A DNA stretch of 64,000 bases from a virus, in IMG/VR virus record IMGVR_UViG_3300028844_005445, positions 4,731 through 68,730 of that record. One strand, 5' to 3'. Positions 39,531 to 49,452 of the stretch are shown here, piece by piece. Made by a program: the position numbers and the translations under genes. The notes under the pieces are model-generated. The model worked only from the letters and a program-made list of their open reading frames with translations, did no database searches and was not told the DNA's origin. How positions within the stretch are numbered: position 1 is the first letter of the stretch; each line of letters opens with the position of its first letter.

Positions 39531-40388
39531 TCAAGAGTATGGTACACTCTTCCATCTAAACTCCCGTTCCCACATCATCATATCATGATATTCTTCTCTG
39601 GAATAGTTTTTCCCTCTGTAACATATATTTGTATATGTTGGACTAGATTCAGACCACCCGGCATGTTCATGTATTGATACTACGGTCAAGCAAGGATTCA
39701 ACATGGTTTTAACTTTAGATAGTTCATAATTGACCATCTGATCACATCCAGGTCTGCCTATTTCAATATCTAAGTTACATTTATTATTTACATAGTTTTC
39801 GTAACCTTTTGAATCATCGGTATATTCTGTACCAAAATTACCGGCTACATGATCTGTATATATTGGAAAATTTAGAGGTGTTGAATAAAACCAGCTATCT
39901 GTAGATACACCTTCAAGGTTTCCACCGTGCATAGTAATGTAATCAATGTTGTCATATTTAAACTTGTAACCATTGTATGTGTTTTTTTGTTTTTGTGTGT
40001 AGTTATCAAATTTGTTATATCTAGTTAAAGATATACAATTTTTAGAATAATCTACAGATGATAGCTCGTCTAATTTATGTGAATTCCATTCCGGAAAATA
40101 TATATCTGCATTAGCTAGTATCCAGTTTCTAGGTTTGTTATCGTTTCTAGTTACATTATCACTGTACGTCAACATATCTTTGAATGTAGGTCTATTGGTG
40201 TTACTTGAATGTATAATAACAGATATATTTTCAAAATCTTGTAATAATTTTGTATTAAAATCTATATCAACTATAACAACCACTTCATTAATGACCGGGT
40301 TAGATATATTTTTTTGTAAACAAAATATAAATTCTTTCCACCGGTTTTGATCCGACGGTTGATGTAACGTTGTTATTAAACTAAACAT
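39531..40388 (-). CDS. GT-A-like protein, paralogue of 36350-37219
   Basis: NADIYF, SLTRY, STDSWFY, GCD, NPC..IHEH. Confidence 0.7.
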   Translation of the reverse strand: MFSLITTLHQPSDQNRWKEFIFCLQKNISNPVINEVVVIVDIDFNTKLLQDFENISVIIHSSNTNRPTFKDMLTYSDNVTRNDNKPRNWILANADIYFPEWNSHKLDELSSVDYSKNCISLTRYNKFDNYTQKQKNTYNGYKFKYDNIDYITMHGGNLEGVSTDSWFYSTPLNFPIYTDHVAGNFGTEYTDDSKGYENYVNNKCNLDIEIGRPGCDQMVNYELSKVKTMLNPCLTVVSIHEHAGWSESSPTYTNICYRGKNYSREEYHDMMMWEREFRWKSVPYS

Positions 40389-42687
40389 CCTTTGAAAAGT
40401 TGTACCGGGTTGCGATCAACTGAGTTTTATTAGCTATTTTTTTGACTCTACCATATGAGCTTTTATTAATATAATAAAATGCCAGTGTTTCATTTGAACA
40501 TTTGGCAATATTTAAATTCCAGTCAATACATTTTAACCATAAGACCCAGTCTGCAATACTTCCGTATATATTTTCTTCAAAATAACCAACAATATCGTGT
40601 ATATCACGCCTCCACACCGGGCTGGAGTGACAAGGGTTACATGATTCGTTAGTTTTTTTATTCCAAAAATCAGATGTTGACAAGGGTTGCCCAATCCCGT
40701 ACTCTGTAAACCATATATTATCTTTATTACTAACATCACCAAATGATTGGTGATAATTATCGGATGTATATACAGGCGCGAAAGTTATATCTACAGTAGG
40801 GGTGTTCTCTAGATAATCAATCATTTTTATAGAAAAATTAGGGTCATGTCTGTCATCTAGATTAGCGTTTGTTACGTATTTCCCGTTAGCGCTTTTGATT
40901 CCAATCTCCCAGCATTTATATATACCCGGGTCCTGCGCTTTTGAGATATTAATTACATTTATATTAGGATATTGTTTATTGAGATTAATAATCTTTTGTT
41001 CAGTCTCTTCATTATGAGAACCGGTAATATTGACGATGATCCATTCTAATTCTTTAGGGTATCTAGAGTGTTGATCTAAAAAATCATTACACAAATCGTC
41101 AATATATTCATCGGCTTTGTATAGAGATGTTATCCAAGAAAGTTGAGTTTGTTTATCGTTATGTTCTAATTTTTTTAAATCATAACATATTTTTTGATTG
41201 AAAGTTTGCTGGGAAATGTGAGTCTTATCTAAATTTTTGAGATATAAATGAGCCTCCTTGACGAGAGTGTTAAACTGTGTTGTTGTTAGTTGCTCAATAT
41301 CAGACATATTATCAAAGAACATAGGGTATGTGTAGCCTATATATTGTTCAAAAGCCGGATGCCTTCTCAATAGTACTGGTGTTTCACAGCGTATACATTC
41401 TAGTAAGAGATTACTAGCAGTTACATCAAAGGGGTCCATGTATAATATATTTTCCTCAAAAACCTTTATATACTCGTCGTTGCTCAAATGACTAGCAAAA
41501 CTAACATTATCCATAGCTGGTTTTATTATATCTGTAAAGCAATTAAAATCGTGTTTAACCAATACCGTTTTTTCTATATATGAAGGTAGTTTGATATCGT
41601 TGAATGTTTTAAGGTTTCTCATCCACCAACCTATATGATATATTTTTTTACTAGTAGAATTGTCATACAAATTGAAATTAAATCTAGTAGTTATTTTATC
41701 AGTTATAGGGTGATTTATAGATAAAACTTTATCTTTCAAATAAGGATATTTTTTTTGTATTTTGGATGATGTTAGGTATTTTTTATGTTCTCGTGATACT
41801 GTATAGATATACAAACATTTATCAAGTAATCGTGAATCACAACTTCCATAATATATATTGTTACTGATAAGTGAATGATCAGTATGTTGAACCAACAAAC
41901 CATTAAAGTTATTTTTATTTGAATTTATGTGATTATATAAATCATTCAATGTTTTTGGTGTATTCTCTTTATATATTGACTCCCATCCCTCGAATGGAGG
42001 ATTATGAGTAAATGTGATTAACTTAACATCATTATCAATGATTGTATTCATTGTACGATAATCATCTTGTCTGTCTTTTCCCCATGTTGTTAGCTTTTCT
42101 AACCATGGGTCAAAGTATATCGTGTGTTTATATCTTTTAGATTCAACCGATTGCTCGCTAAAGTTTAAATTTAATCCGTTCATGGCTCCATTCCACCCAA
42201 AATAATGTGTACCATAATGATCAGCTTTATTTTTATCTGTATCAACAATGAGATTATCCCCGGTAATTTGCCAGTTTATGTATTTTGTATCTGGTACGTT
42301 TAAAAATTTTTTAGCATGTGGTGCTCTACCCTCCTTTTGCCCATAAGACAGCCAATGTTTTAAAGCTAGTTCTGATGTATCAAATCCAGCGGCGACAACA
42401 TCCGGATATGTTTCTCTATAATATTTACCATCAAATATATGTTTATTACCTGGCGGGTCTAACATTATATCACCCTTAGAGATATGATCAGCGTGTATTT
42501 TTACCAACTCTTTAATAGTTTGGTTTGATTTTTTTTTGACATCATATAATTGTTCAAAATATTTTACAGATGGTAATCTGCTCTCGTCGTACCCGTAATT
42601 CAAGTAGTGCAGCTTCAAGGACTGTACACTTAGTCCGTTCAGATCATCATATGCATCTTCATAAAATTTCGGGTCAAACAGTTTCAT
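40381..42687 (-). CDS. multidomain glycosyltransferase (two EGR-type repeats, GT-B-like and GT2 domains)
   Basis: FD..FY..YPD..HW..YG..EGR; IGWWMRN; NANLDDRH; ADWVLWL. Confidence 0.8.
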   Translation of the reverse strand: MKLFDPKFYEDAYDDLNGLSVQSLKLHYLNYGYDESRLPSVKYFEQLYDVKKKSNQTIKELVKIHADHISKGDIMLDPPGNKHIFDGKYYRETYPDVVAAGFDTSELALKHWLSYGQKEGRAPHAKKFLNVPDTKYINWQITGDNLIVDTDKNKADHYGTHYFGWNGAMNGLNLNFSEQSVESKRYKHTIYFDPWLEKLTTWGKDRQDDYRTMNTIIDNDVKLITFTHNPPFEGWESIYKENTPKTLNDLYNHINSNKNNFNGLLVQHTDHSLISNNIYYGSCDSRLLDKCLYIYTVSREHKKYLTSSKIQKKYPYLKDKVLSINHPITDKITTRFNFNLYDNSTSKKIYHIGWWMRNLKTFNDIKLPSYIEKTVLVKHDFNCFTDIIKPAMDNVSFASHLSNDEYIKVFEENILYMDPFDVTASNLLLECIRCETPVLLRRHPAFEQYIGYTYPMFFDNMSDIEQLTTTQFNTLVKEAHLYLKNLDKTHISQQTFNQKICYDLKKLEHNDKQTQLSWITSLYKADEYIDDLCNDFLDQHSRYPKELEWIIVNITGSHNEETEQKIINLNKQYPNINVINISKAQDPGIYKCWEIGIKSANGKYVTNANLDDRHDPNFSIKMIDYLENTPTVDITFAPVYTSDNYHQSFGDVSNKDNIWFTEYGIGQPLSTSDFWNKKTNESCNPCHSSPVWRRDIHDIVGYFEENIYGSIADWVLWLKCIDWNLNIAKCSNETLAFYYINKSSYGRVKKIANKTQLIATRYNFSKDV

Positions 42688-42689
42688 TA

Positions 42690-43424
42690 TTATAAATTAC
42701 AATAAACAATATCTACATTATGATAAATGTTTACATTATTATATATGATATGGTCTTGAATATCTAGACTATTTTTTTGTATATATTGGTGTATGTTGTA
42801 CAATTCATTTGCTCCTGTTAATGAATTTTCATTCAATATGATATATCTAGAATCTTTTGGTATTATGTTTTTACTTTTAATATCACAGTACAAAATATTT
42901 TCTTCTGAAAATTTTAGAAACATTGAGTTGTTGACTGTGTAATCCAAATAGCACCATATCAGATAATTTTTATATGACTGATTGATCACCATCTGTATTG
43001 ATTCATCAAAATCGGTCGTTTTACAAGTGGTGTTGTATATCAAGTTGTATACAATATCTGAGTGTACAATGCTTGTTTGTTTTGAATCATCAGTAACATC
43101 TTGTATATTTTGAGATGTATTTACCGGGTGATTTTTGTTTATCATACTTCTACAATATGCCCTCTTTTCTTTAGCACCATGCGTCATGTAGTGTACTCGA
43201 GACATCAATTCGTTGTTAGGTACATCCGAGTATGATGACTTGTAAAACATATGATCGAACTTATGTGGTAAACGGTTTATAAAATCATTCAATACTGTCT
43301 CGTTAGGTATTCTACCTTCTGCTTTTCCGGAAGCGGTATAGTGCGTTTGTAAGCCACTGTCCGGTAAAAATCTTAAATCCGGGTATATTCTCCGGTAGAA
43401 TTTGATGTCAAGTCTATCACTCAT
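42690..43424 (-). CDS. protein with two EGR-type repeats
   Basis: FYRRIYPDL..HY..GKAEGR; FD..FY..YSDV..HY..HGAKEKR. Confidence 0.7.
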   Translation of the reverse strand: MSDRLDIKFYRRIYPDLRFLPDSGLQTHYTASGKAEGRIPNETVLNDFINRLPHKFDHMFYKSSYSDVPNNELMSRVHYMTHGAKEKRAYCRSMINKNHPVNTSQNIQDVTDDSKQTSIVHSDIVYNLIYNTTCKTTDFDESIQMVINQSYKNYLIWCYLDYTVNNSMFLKFSEENILYCDIKSKNIIPKDSRYIILNENSLTGANELYNIHQYIQKNSLDIQDHIIYNNVNIYHNVDIVYCNL

Positions 43425-44401
43425 AATAACCAAAACGCTCGTTCCCATGCATGAGCCAGTGTACCGTCGTTTTCTATAGGTTCTTGTTCAAATAGTTTAC
43501 TATGTTGTACTAAATCAATTTTATTATGTATGTTCTCACAGAAACTTGCCGTGCACCAGAACATAGTACCGGCATGAAAACTATATATTTTTGTATGTTT
43601 TAAGCCCAACTCTACAATTGAATTTAAAACATTTAATTGATTATAGTTTTGATTTTGAACGACATGTCTCTCCTGGATTTTAAACAAGTCTATACTGCAT
43701 ATACCTTTGGGTGTATCATACAACTGTTGTCTATGTTTTTTATATTGTTCCGGTGATAATAACTGATCTAAATATTCTTCTCTCCAGTTGTCATGTAGAT
43801 ATGTTGTCTTTTTCGTGTGTATTTTACATATCAAATCATATTTTTTGTATAAATTTTTACTGATAAAATCTAGAAACGATCTGACATCGCGACCTCTGTT
43901 TTGCGTCCACTGTAATATGATATTGACATTAGTATTTGTTGCGTTTGCTAGTATTTTATTAGCATCATTTATACTGTTTATGTCACATATATAAACATAT
44001 ACATCTATAGGTTCAGATAAACTGTCGCTTAACTTACAAACATAATTGTACATTTGTTGAAAAAACTCTGTATAATACACGTAACAAACTACAGCTAGTT
44101 TTGTCTGTGTAGTATTTGTGGGTTTTATCGAGAAATTACTGATGGGTTTCTTATACACCTTCCCGGTAATATCCTCAATATTTTTATTGTCTACCATCAT
44201 TTGCTTACATTCTTTACCCGGGTTTATAAACTCACATTTGGGGTATATTGAAGTGATGAGCTCCACAATTTCATCCACCGGGTCTTTGGAAATTATATAA
44301 ATGCTTCCATCGAACGATGGGTGGTATTTTATAAAAGTAAACACCGTCATGACCGTACTGTCAAGATCTTCTTCAACACGTAAGTAAACAGATGTATACA
44401 T
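43421..44401 (-). CDS. rhamnan synthesis protein F (RgpF)-like
   Basis: NRGRDVRSF, KIHTKK, AGTMFW, DGTLAHAWER. Confidence 0.85.
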   Translation of the reverse strand: MYTSVYLRVEEDLDSTVMTVFTFIKYHPSFDGSIYIISKDPVDEIVELITSIYPKCEFINPGKECKQMMVDNKNIEDITGKVYKKPISNFSIKPTNTTQTKLAVVCYVYYTEFFQQMYNYVCKLSDSLSEPIDVYVYICDINSINDANKILANATNTNVNIILQWTQNRGRDVRSFLDFISKNLYKKYDLICKIHTKKTTYLHDNWREEYLDQLLSPEQYKKHRQQLYDTPKGICSIDLFKIQERHVVQNQNYNQLNVLNSIVELGLKHTKIYSFHAGTMFWCTASFCENIHNKIDLVQHSKLFEQEPIENDGTLAHAWERAFWLL

Positions 44402-44403
44402 AA

Positions 44404-44475
44404 TCAGCTATTTATTCTGTAACTGGTGGTGATTGTGTGTTTGGTCGATATAACTATTGCAACTTGTTTGTCCAT
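44404..44475 (-). pseudogene. 23-codon mini-ORF, probable collapsed gene
   Basis: MDKQVAIVI start resembles an enzyme first beta strand; fills the spacer. Confidence 0.35.
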
Positions 44476-44488
44476 TGAATAATTACTT

Positions 44489-45170
44489 ATGATGGCTAAA
44501 AAAAAATCTCTACCAAAATTACATGAAATCGGAACTTTAGCATGGGATCTAGATTTTAAAATTAATTACAATTTTGAATCAAATGATGTACATAAGAGTT
44601 TCATAGGTACCATGCTACAACCGGAGAGTCGGATGATGTTTGTTGATGGACCAGCCGGTACCGCTAAAACATTTCTAGCTGTGTACGGAGCTTTATGTTC
44701 GTTGAAAAAGCATGTTGTTGAGGATGTGGTCTATATCAGAAGCGTTGTAGAGAGTGCTAGTCAAAAGATGGGGAGCCTCCCAGGAGAAGTTGATGACAAA
44801 TTTTTACCGTGGAGCATGCCTTTGATCGAAAAGCTAGATGAGTTGATTGATATACAAGTACGTAAAGAATTGATGGGCCGTGAGTTCATACGTTGTGTAC
44901 CGGTAAATTATGTACGAGGTTTAACATTTCACAACACATTTGTAATCGTCGATGAAGCACAAAACATGACCAGTAGCGAGCTCACTACAATATTGACAAG
45001 ATTTGGTGAAGGTTCTAAATATGTCATTGTAGGTGATACCAAACAACGTGACATCGGAAACAAGAGCGGGTTCGGTCCTGTGATGAGCTGCTTCAACGAC
45101 CAAGAGAGTGAAGAGAGTGGTATATACAATTTTGAGATTGATAGTCCGGAAGTTGGATAAAATGAAATGA
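44489..45170 (+). CDS. phoH: PhoH-family ATPase, C-terminus apparently frameshifted
   Basis: GPAGTAKT, GSLPG, RGLTF, DEAQN, GDTKQRD; in-frame stop at 45160, native-looking end ILRLIVRKLDKMK* in another frame to 45170. Confidence 0.88.
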
Positions 45171-46573
45171 AAACAGCTGTTGTAACACTAACTGACCCAA
45201 ACTTTTTGCAAGGTACATTAAGCTTGTATCATAGTGTCAAGCTGTCCGGATACACTGGTGATTTTGTTGTTATCCATGATGACAGGTTGTCACAAATTGA
45301 AAAAAAAATATTATCAAATTATGGTTGTAAACTAGTCGAGAGAACTGTCGTTGTCAACCCAAAGACATTACAAGATGCGGAACGAGCGAATAGAGGTAGT
45401 ATCGCGAAACGGTTTGCATCATCATCTATATACAGCAAGCTCAACACCTGGACGTTGACTCAATATGATAAGGTTTTGTTTGTGGATAGTGATATCATAT
45501 TTCATAAAAGTTTTAGTCATGTATTAGAAATTCCGATGGAGCCTGGTTGGATTGCTGCAACTGAAATACCATTAAATAGTACAAATTCAGAAACATTGGA
45601 ACGTTTCAACTCTGGTGTGTTTTTGACATGTCCTAGTGATGATGTTTTTCGTGACATGATGGAGAAGATACACACTATTGAATCGTACGATTATAGTGAC
45701 CAAGGGTTTTTGTGTGAATATTTCAAGCACCGAGCGATATATTTGTCCGCGTCAATGAACATGAGCAAACGAGCCTCACCAAGAGAAATCGAGTGCAGCC
45801 GTAACATACATTATTTGTACATACCAAAACCTTGGCAAGGTGAACCGGGAGAGCAATCGGATTGGGGAAAACAGTTTCCAGAAGATCTGCGGACAAAAAA
45901 ACCTGTATATGACGCGTGGTGGAGATGTTATACATCTTGTGTTAACAAATACTGGTTGGAAACAATTGAAGGTTTGAAAGAGTTGAATGATGTAGTATAC
46001 AATTCGAATGTACCTGTTGAAGGTAATGTGTATTACTTTCATGAAACTAATGATAAAGTGATCACACCTCTTTTCGAACACAAAAGACACAAACTGTTTG
46101 AATTGGCCAAGCGTAGTAAATCGGTGTTGGAGATCGGAGTGAACGGTGGTCATTCCGCACTAACCATGTTCACCGCTAACCCAGATCTATCTTATCATGG
46201 ATTTGATATTGGCCATCATAGCTACACACAACCGGTTATAGATTGGTTGAATAAAAAATATAAAAAAGTTTCTTATCATGTGGGTGATAGTAAATTGACC
46301 GTCCCAAAATTTAACAAAAATATAAAATTTGACTTGATACATGTAGACGGTGGTCATTCGGTAGAACAAGCACTGGTGGATATAAAGAACTGTCGACGAT
46401 TAGCTCATAAACGTACACTGTTGTTGTTTGACGATTGTAACACGAGAGGGGTAGCGGGACCGGCACTCTTGCAATTGTGGGACAAGCTGATCAAGGATAA
46501 ATACATCAAAGAGATACCAGAATGGAACAACAGACAACAGTTATGGGACAGTAAAGTGGGTGTATATGTATGA
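45167..46573 (+). CDS. GT8 (glycogenin-like) glycosyltransferase fused to a methyltransferase
   Basis: YSKLNTWTLTQYDKVLFVDSD, FNSGV, DQGFL, HY..PKPW; then LEIGVNGGHS, HVDGGHS. Confidence 0.88.
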   Translation: MKTAVVTLTDPNFLQGTLSLYHSVKLSGYTGDFVVIHDDRLSQIEKKILSNYGCKLVERTVVVNPKTLQDAERANRGSIAKRFASSSIYSKLNTWTLTQYDKVLFVDSDIIFHKSFSHVLEIPMEPGWIAATEIPLNSTNSETLERFNSGVFLTCPSDDVFRDMMEKIHTIESYDYSDQGFLCEYFKHRAIYLSASMNMSKRASPREIECSRNIHYLYIPKPWQGEPGEQSDWGKQFPEDLRTKKPVYDAWWRCYTSCVNKYWLETIEGLKELNDVVYNSNVPVEGNVYYFHETNDKVITPLFEHKRHKLFELAKRSKSVLEIGVNGGHSALTMFTANPDLSYHGFDIGHHSYTQPVIDWLNKKYKKVSYHVGDSKLTVPKFNKNIKFDLIHVDGGHSVEQALVDIKNCRRLAHKRTLLLFDDCNTRGVAGPALLQLWDKLIKDKYIKEIPEWNNRQQLWDSKVGVYV

Positions 46574-46593
46574 TATGGTAATAAATAATTGAT

Positions 46594-47505
46594 ATGGCCG
46601 AAACAAGAAACATAAAAGATTTACCGCAAACTGACGCGATGACCGCTGGAGATTATTTTTTAATTGAAGCCCCGGCCGGTACACAATTGTTAGCATTTGA
46701 AAACTTTGTTATAGATGAAGACAACACGACATTTGCTACAGACTTGTTGACAAACATGACCACATTATCCACCCAAGTGACAGCTGTATCTGCAGACATG
46801 GATTTGAGCGGTGCTAATGCAGCAGCTAAGTTATATTTAGTGAATACACAGCTCACAGAACGAATGGATTCGTTTCAAGATGTGTTGTATGGTTCTGATT
46901 TTGAAGGACAAATAACAGACTTTATCTCTAGTAATCCGGCGGATCCAATAACCACAGACGATCGAGGTTTAGATGGTAATTTGAAGGCCTTGAGCGCGAT
47001 GATATTTGACGAGCTGTATACTAGAATGGTTACCATGAGCGCATCAATTGTTGGTGATGAGAATAATCATATACAAGACACAAGAGATTTGATTTATTCC
47101 GGGCAAGGTGCGACAAACATTACTAGTAATAATGGTGGTTTGTTAGGAGCATTATTAGACACAGTTAGAAAAACTGTAGATGTAAACCTAACTGAAATGT
47201 CAGCCACGTTCAACAGTAGTAACAAGGATAGCGCGGTGCTGTCGTTTGCTATACCGAGTAGATATGTTGTGAACCGAGGAAGTTTACAGTTCAATTTAGA
47301 GTTTACAAATGAAGCTAATCTTAATGTAGGTGGAGATAATCCGTATACTAATCCTGGTGCATTCGTTACTGTCGGTTATGTAACCGCTCCAGCTGGTCAA
47401 GATGAAGTGTTACATTCATGGACAGTCAAGCGTGTAGGAGGTTCAACTTTTACAGATGATGAATACCCTATTAGATTGAATGGTAGAGTAGTTGCTAGTG
47501 CTTAG
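46594..47505 (+). CDS. probable virion structural protein
   Basis: ATAAATA upstream; NIKDLP N-terminus like 17737-19122. Confidence 0.6.
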   Translation: MAETRNIKDLPQTDAMTAGDYFLIEAPAGTQLLAFENFVIDEDNTTFATDLLTNMTTLSTQVTAVSADMDLSGANAAAKLYLVNTQLTERMDSFQDVLYGSDFEGQITDFISSNPADPITTDDRGLDGNLKALSAMIFDELYTRMVTMSASIVGDENNHIQDTRDLIYSGQGATNITSNNGGLLGALLDTVRKTVDVNLTEMSATFNSSNKDSAVLSFAIPSRYVVNRGSLQFNLEFTNEANLNVGGDNPYTNPGAFVTVGYVTAPAGQDEVLHSWTVKRVGGSTFTDDEYPIRLNGRVVASA

Positions 47506-47714
47506 ACATGAAACTTTAAAGCCTTGTTCATTTTTTCAAGTAAAGCTTTTGGTCGTTGACCACCTTCTAGTAGTCTTTTGTATTCCGTTTTGAATGCATC
47601 TACAAATTCTTGACTTAATTCAAAATTTCTAGGGTAGAATTGCCGGCGAACAGTTTTTATACTGTTCAAGTTCTCTTCATACAAACTGTCTATATTTTTC
47701 TTAAAATTGTCCAT
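47502..47714 (-). CDS. small late protein, CTS-like N-terminus
   Basis: TATAAATA upstream; MDNFKKNIDSLYEE. Confidence 0.65.
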   Translation of the reverse strand: MDNFKKNIDSLYEENLNSIKTVRRQFYPRNFELSQEFVDAFKTEYKRLLEGGQRPKALLEKMNKALKFHV

Positions 47715-47733
47715 ATGTAGTTATTTATACAAA

Positions 47734-48420
47734 CTACAGTCTTCCTCCGGGAAAAACATCTTGAGGGTCGATACCAAATTTAGCTAACTCTTCCCAGTCA
47801 ATCTCGCTCTCACCTTCTCCATACTCTTGACCATTGTCTGTTATGTACATGCTAGCTTGTCTGATTCTTTCACGTGGGTCACCGGTTATTGGTATCACCG
47901 CTGGTTTGTCATCATCATGAAAGAATATACTACCATCCTGGTGTGAATATGCTTCAACCTGCTTGAATAAATTGTCTATCTCATTTATATATTGCTCGTC
48001 TGTTTCTCTGAAACCATCTTCTTCAATAGGTATGGTTTTGTCACGTGGTATATAGAATAATATGTCAACAAATCGCATGGTCTCTTTCACCACCGGGATA
48101 CAACTACCAATGAAATCTTCATCTATATCTGTATCTCCTTTGTCATATGCGTGTATAGAATAGACGAGATTATCTATAGGGCATCTATCGAATATAACAT
48201 TATCAGTTTTAGTATATGACATATGTTGATCAACCATGAAGTCTAATATTGATTGTTGTGTCTCTTTTGATGTCTCTTTACTATGTGCTAGGTTTTTTTC
48301 TTTGACTATGTCTCTGTATGTTTTTTTCGGTCGACAAAATACATCCACCCAGTTTTTTAAAAAATCATTTACAAAGGTACTTTTTCCGACACATGCGGTG
48401 CCCATCACTGCTACTCTCAT
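47734..48420 (-). CDS. P-loop nucleotide kinase (AAA_28/dNMP-kinase-like)
   Basis: GTACVGKST, FDRCPIDNLVYS, EDGFRE. Confidence 0.8.
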   Translation of the reverse strand: MRVAVMGTACVGKSTFVNDFLKNWVDVFCRPKKTYRDIVKEKNLAHSKETSKETQQSILDFMVDQHMSYTKTDNVIFDRCPIDNLVYSIHAYDKGDTDIDEDFIGSCIPVVKETMRFVDILFYIPRDKTIPIEEDGFRETDEQYINEIDNLFKQVEAYSHQDGSIFFHDDDKPAVIPITGDPRERIRQASMYITDNGQEYGEGESEIDWEELAKFGIDPQDVFPGGRL

Positions 48421-48450
48421 AGTATTATTATACACTCTAACAATTATAAA

Positions 48451-48576
48451 TCAACTGTCAGTTGTGAATAAAATCTTGACACCTTTGGGTATATGTTTTC
48501 GAATCCATGCGCGGAAAGCTAAGGTCGGTGGTAATTCTTTCACTTTTATTAACACACTTTTTTGTTCAGTTGTCAT
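48451..48576 (-). CDS. 41 aa hypothetical peptide (not in ORF track)
   Basis: MTTEQKSVLIKVKELPPTLAFRAWIRKHIPKGVKILFTTDS*, fills the gap. Confidence 0.5.
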   Translation of the reverse strand: MTTEQKSVLIKVKELPPTLAFRAWIRKHIPKGVKILFTTDS

Positions 48577-48943
48577 ATATGTCCCGGTTGTCACGTTGAA
48601 ATTTTCTCATTATGATACCCGCTAGAGAGTTAGCTTCATTTTCAATCGGACTACCGTCATCTCCACTCCCTGGTTCCAATCGACCTTCTTCGTGTTGTTT
48701 AGCGTGTACTAGCTCGTGTGCAAGGCTTCTGAGTATATCAACTAACGCGCGATCTTTTGTTAACACCTTGATCTCCCGGGTCATAGGGCTGAAACATCCG
48801 GTTGTCATATTTTGTTCAGGTTCATCTACAAAACCTATTTCACAAGGGCTCTGTATGTCTAAACTATGGTTACAGAACTTTACGAATTTATCGATGGTGT
48901 CTCTTTTTTCATACAGAGTAACAAATTGTTTGAAGCTGTTCAC
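48566..48943 (-). CDS. HEXXH zinc metallopeptidase-like protein, CTS-like N-terminus
   Basis: LAHELVHAKQ...ENEAN; starts MNSFKQFVTLYE. Confidence 0.8.
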   Translation of the reverse strand: MNSFKQFVTLYEKRDTIDKFVKFCNHSLDIQSPCEIGFVDEPEQNMTTGCFSPMTREIKVLTKDRALVDILRSLAHELVHAKQHEEGRLEPGSGDDGSPIENEANSLAGIIMRKFQRDNRDIYDN

Positions 48944-48947
48944 ATAG

Positions 48948-49259
48948 TTATTTATTCTCTTGTATCTTTTTTGTTAAGAACACTTCTCTAGCTTGGTTAG
49001 CACCTACAACACTATCATATAACCAACTTGTAGCGGATGTTGCAAAACCCATCACACCATGCTGTACTAGCGTGTCATTAATGAAGTGGCTCAATACAAA
49101 ACCACTCCAGAAACCTACACACAGGCTACAGCTCAAGAACTCTTTTAATATACACGATTTAGATTTTAACCAGTTTCTAGGTACATCAAAAATACTACCA
49201 TACACTATGATGGCTGTTATTCCAGTTCCAGCTACTAGCTGCAACCAATCCGGTATCAC
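48948..49259 (-). CDS. small membrane protein (DUF1360-like)
   Basis: IFDVPR...LSCSLCVGFW. Confidence 0.65.
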   Translation of the reverse strand: MIPDWLQLVAGTGITAIIVYGSIFDVPRNWLKSKSCILKEFLSCSLCVGFWSGFVLSHFINDTLVQHGVMGFATSATSWLYDSVVGANQAREVFLTKKIQENK

Positions 49260-49444
49260 TTGTCTTGTTCTAGTTGTTCGATCGCTTGTGTGAGTAATTT
49301 GGCTTGATCAATATCTATCTTCACCTTGTTACCATCATCATCAGTGATCGAGAGTTGTTTTTCATTTTCTAGATTAACAACCGGGCATTTAGCTTTACCA
49401 CAACAGAGTACTACTCCACCATTCAAACGTCTTAACATTGTCAT
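49256..49444 (-). CDS. small Cys-containing late protein
   Basis: TATAAATA upstream; LCCGKAKCP...ITDDDG. Confidence 0.65.
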   Translation of the reverse strand: MTMLRRLNGGVVLCCGKAKCPVVNLENEKQLSITDDDGNKVKIDIDQAKLLTQAIEQLEQDK

Positions 49445-49452
49445 GTAATTAT

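Noticed and set aside
48451-48576. 8-bp repeat (acaactga) near both ends of the 41 aa ORF as a target-site duplication
   Set aside because: Too short to distinguish from chance without comparative genomes.
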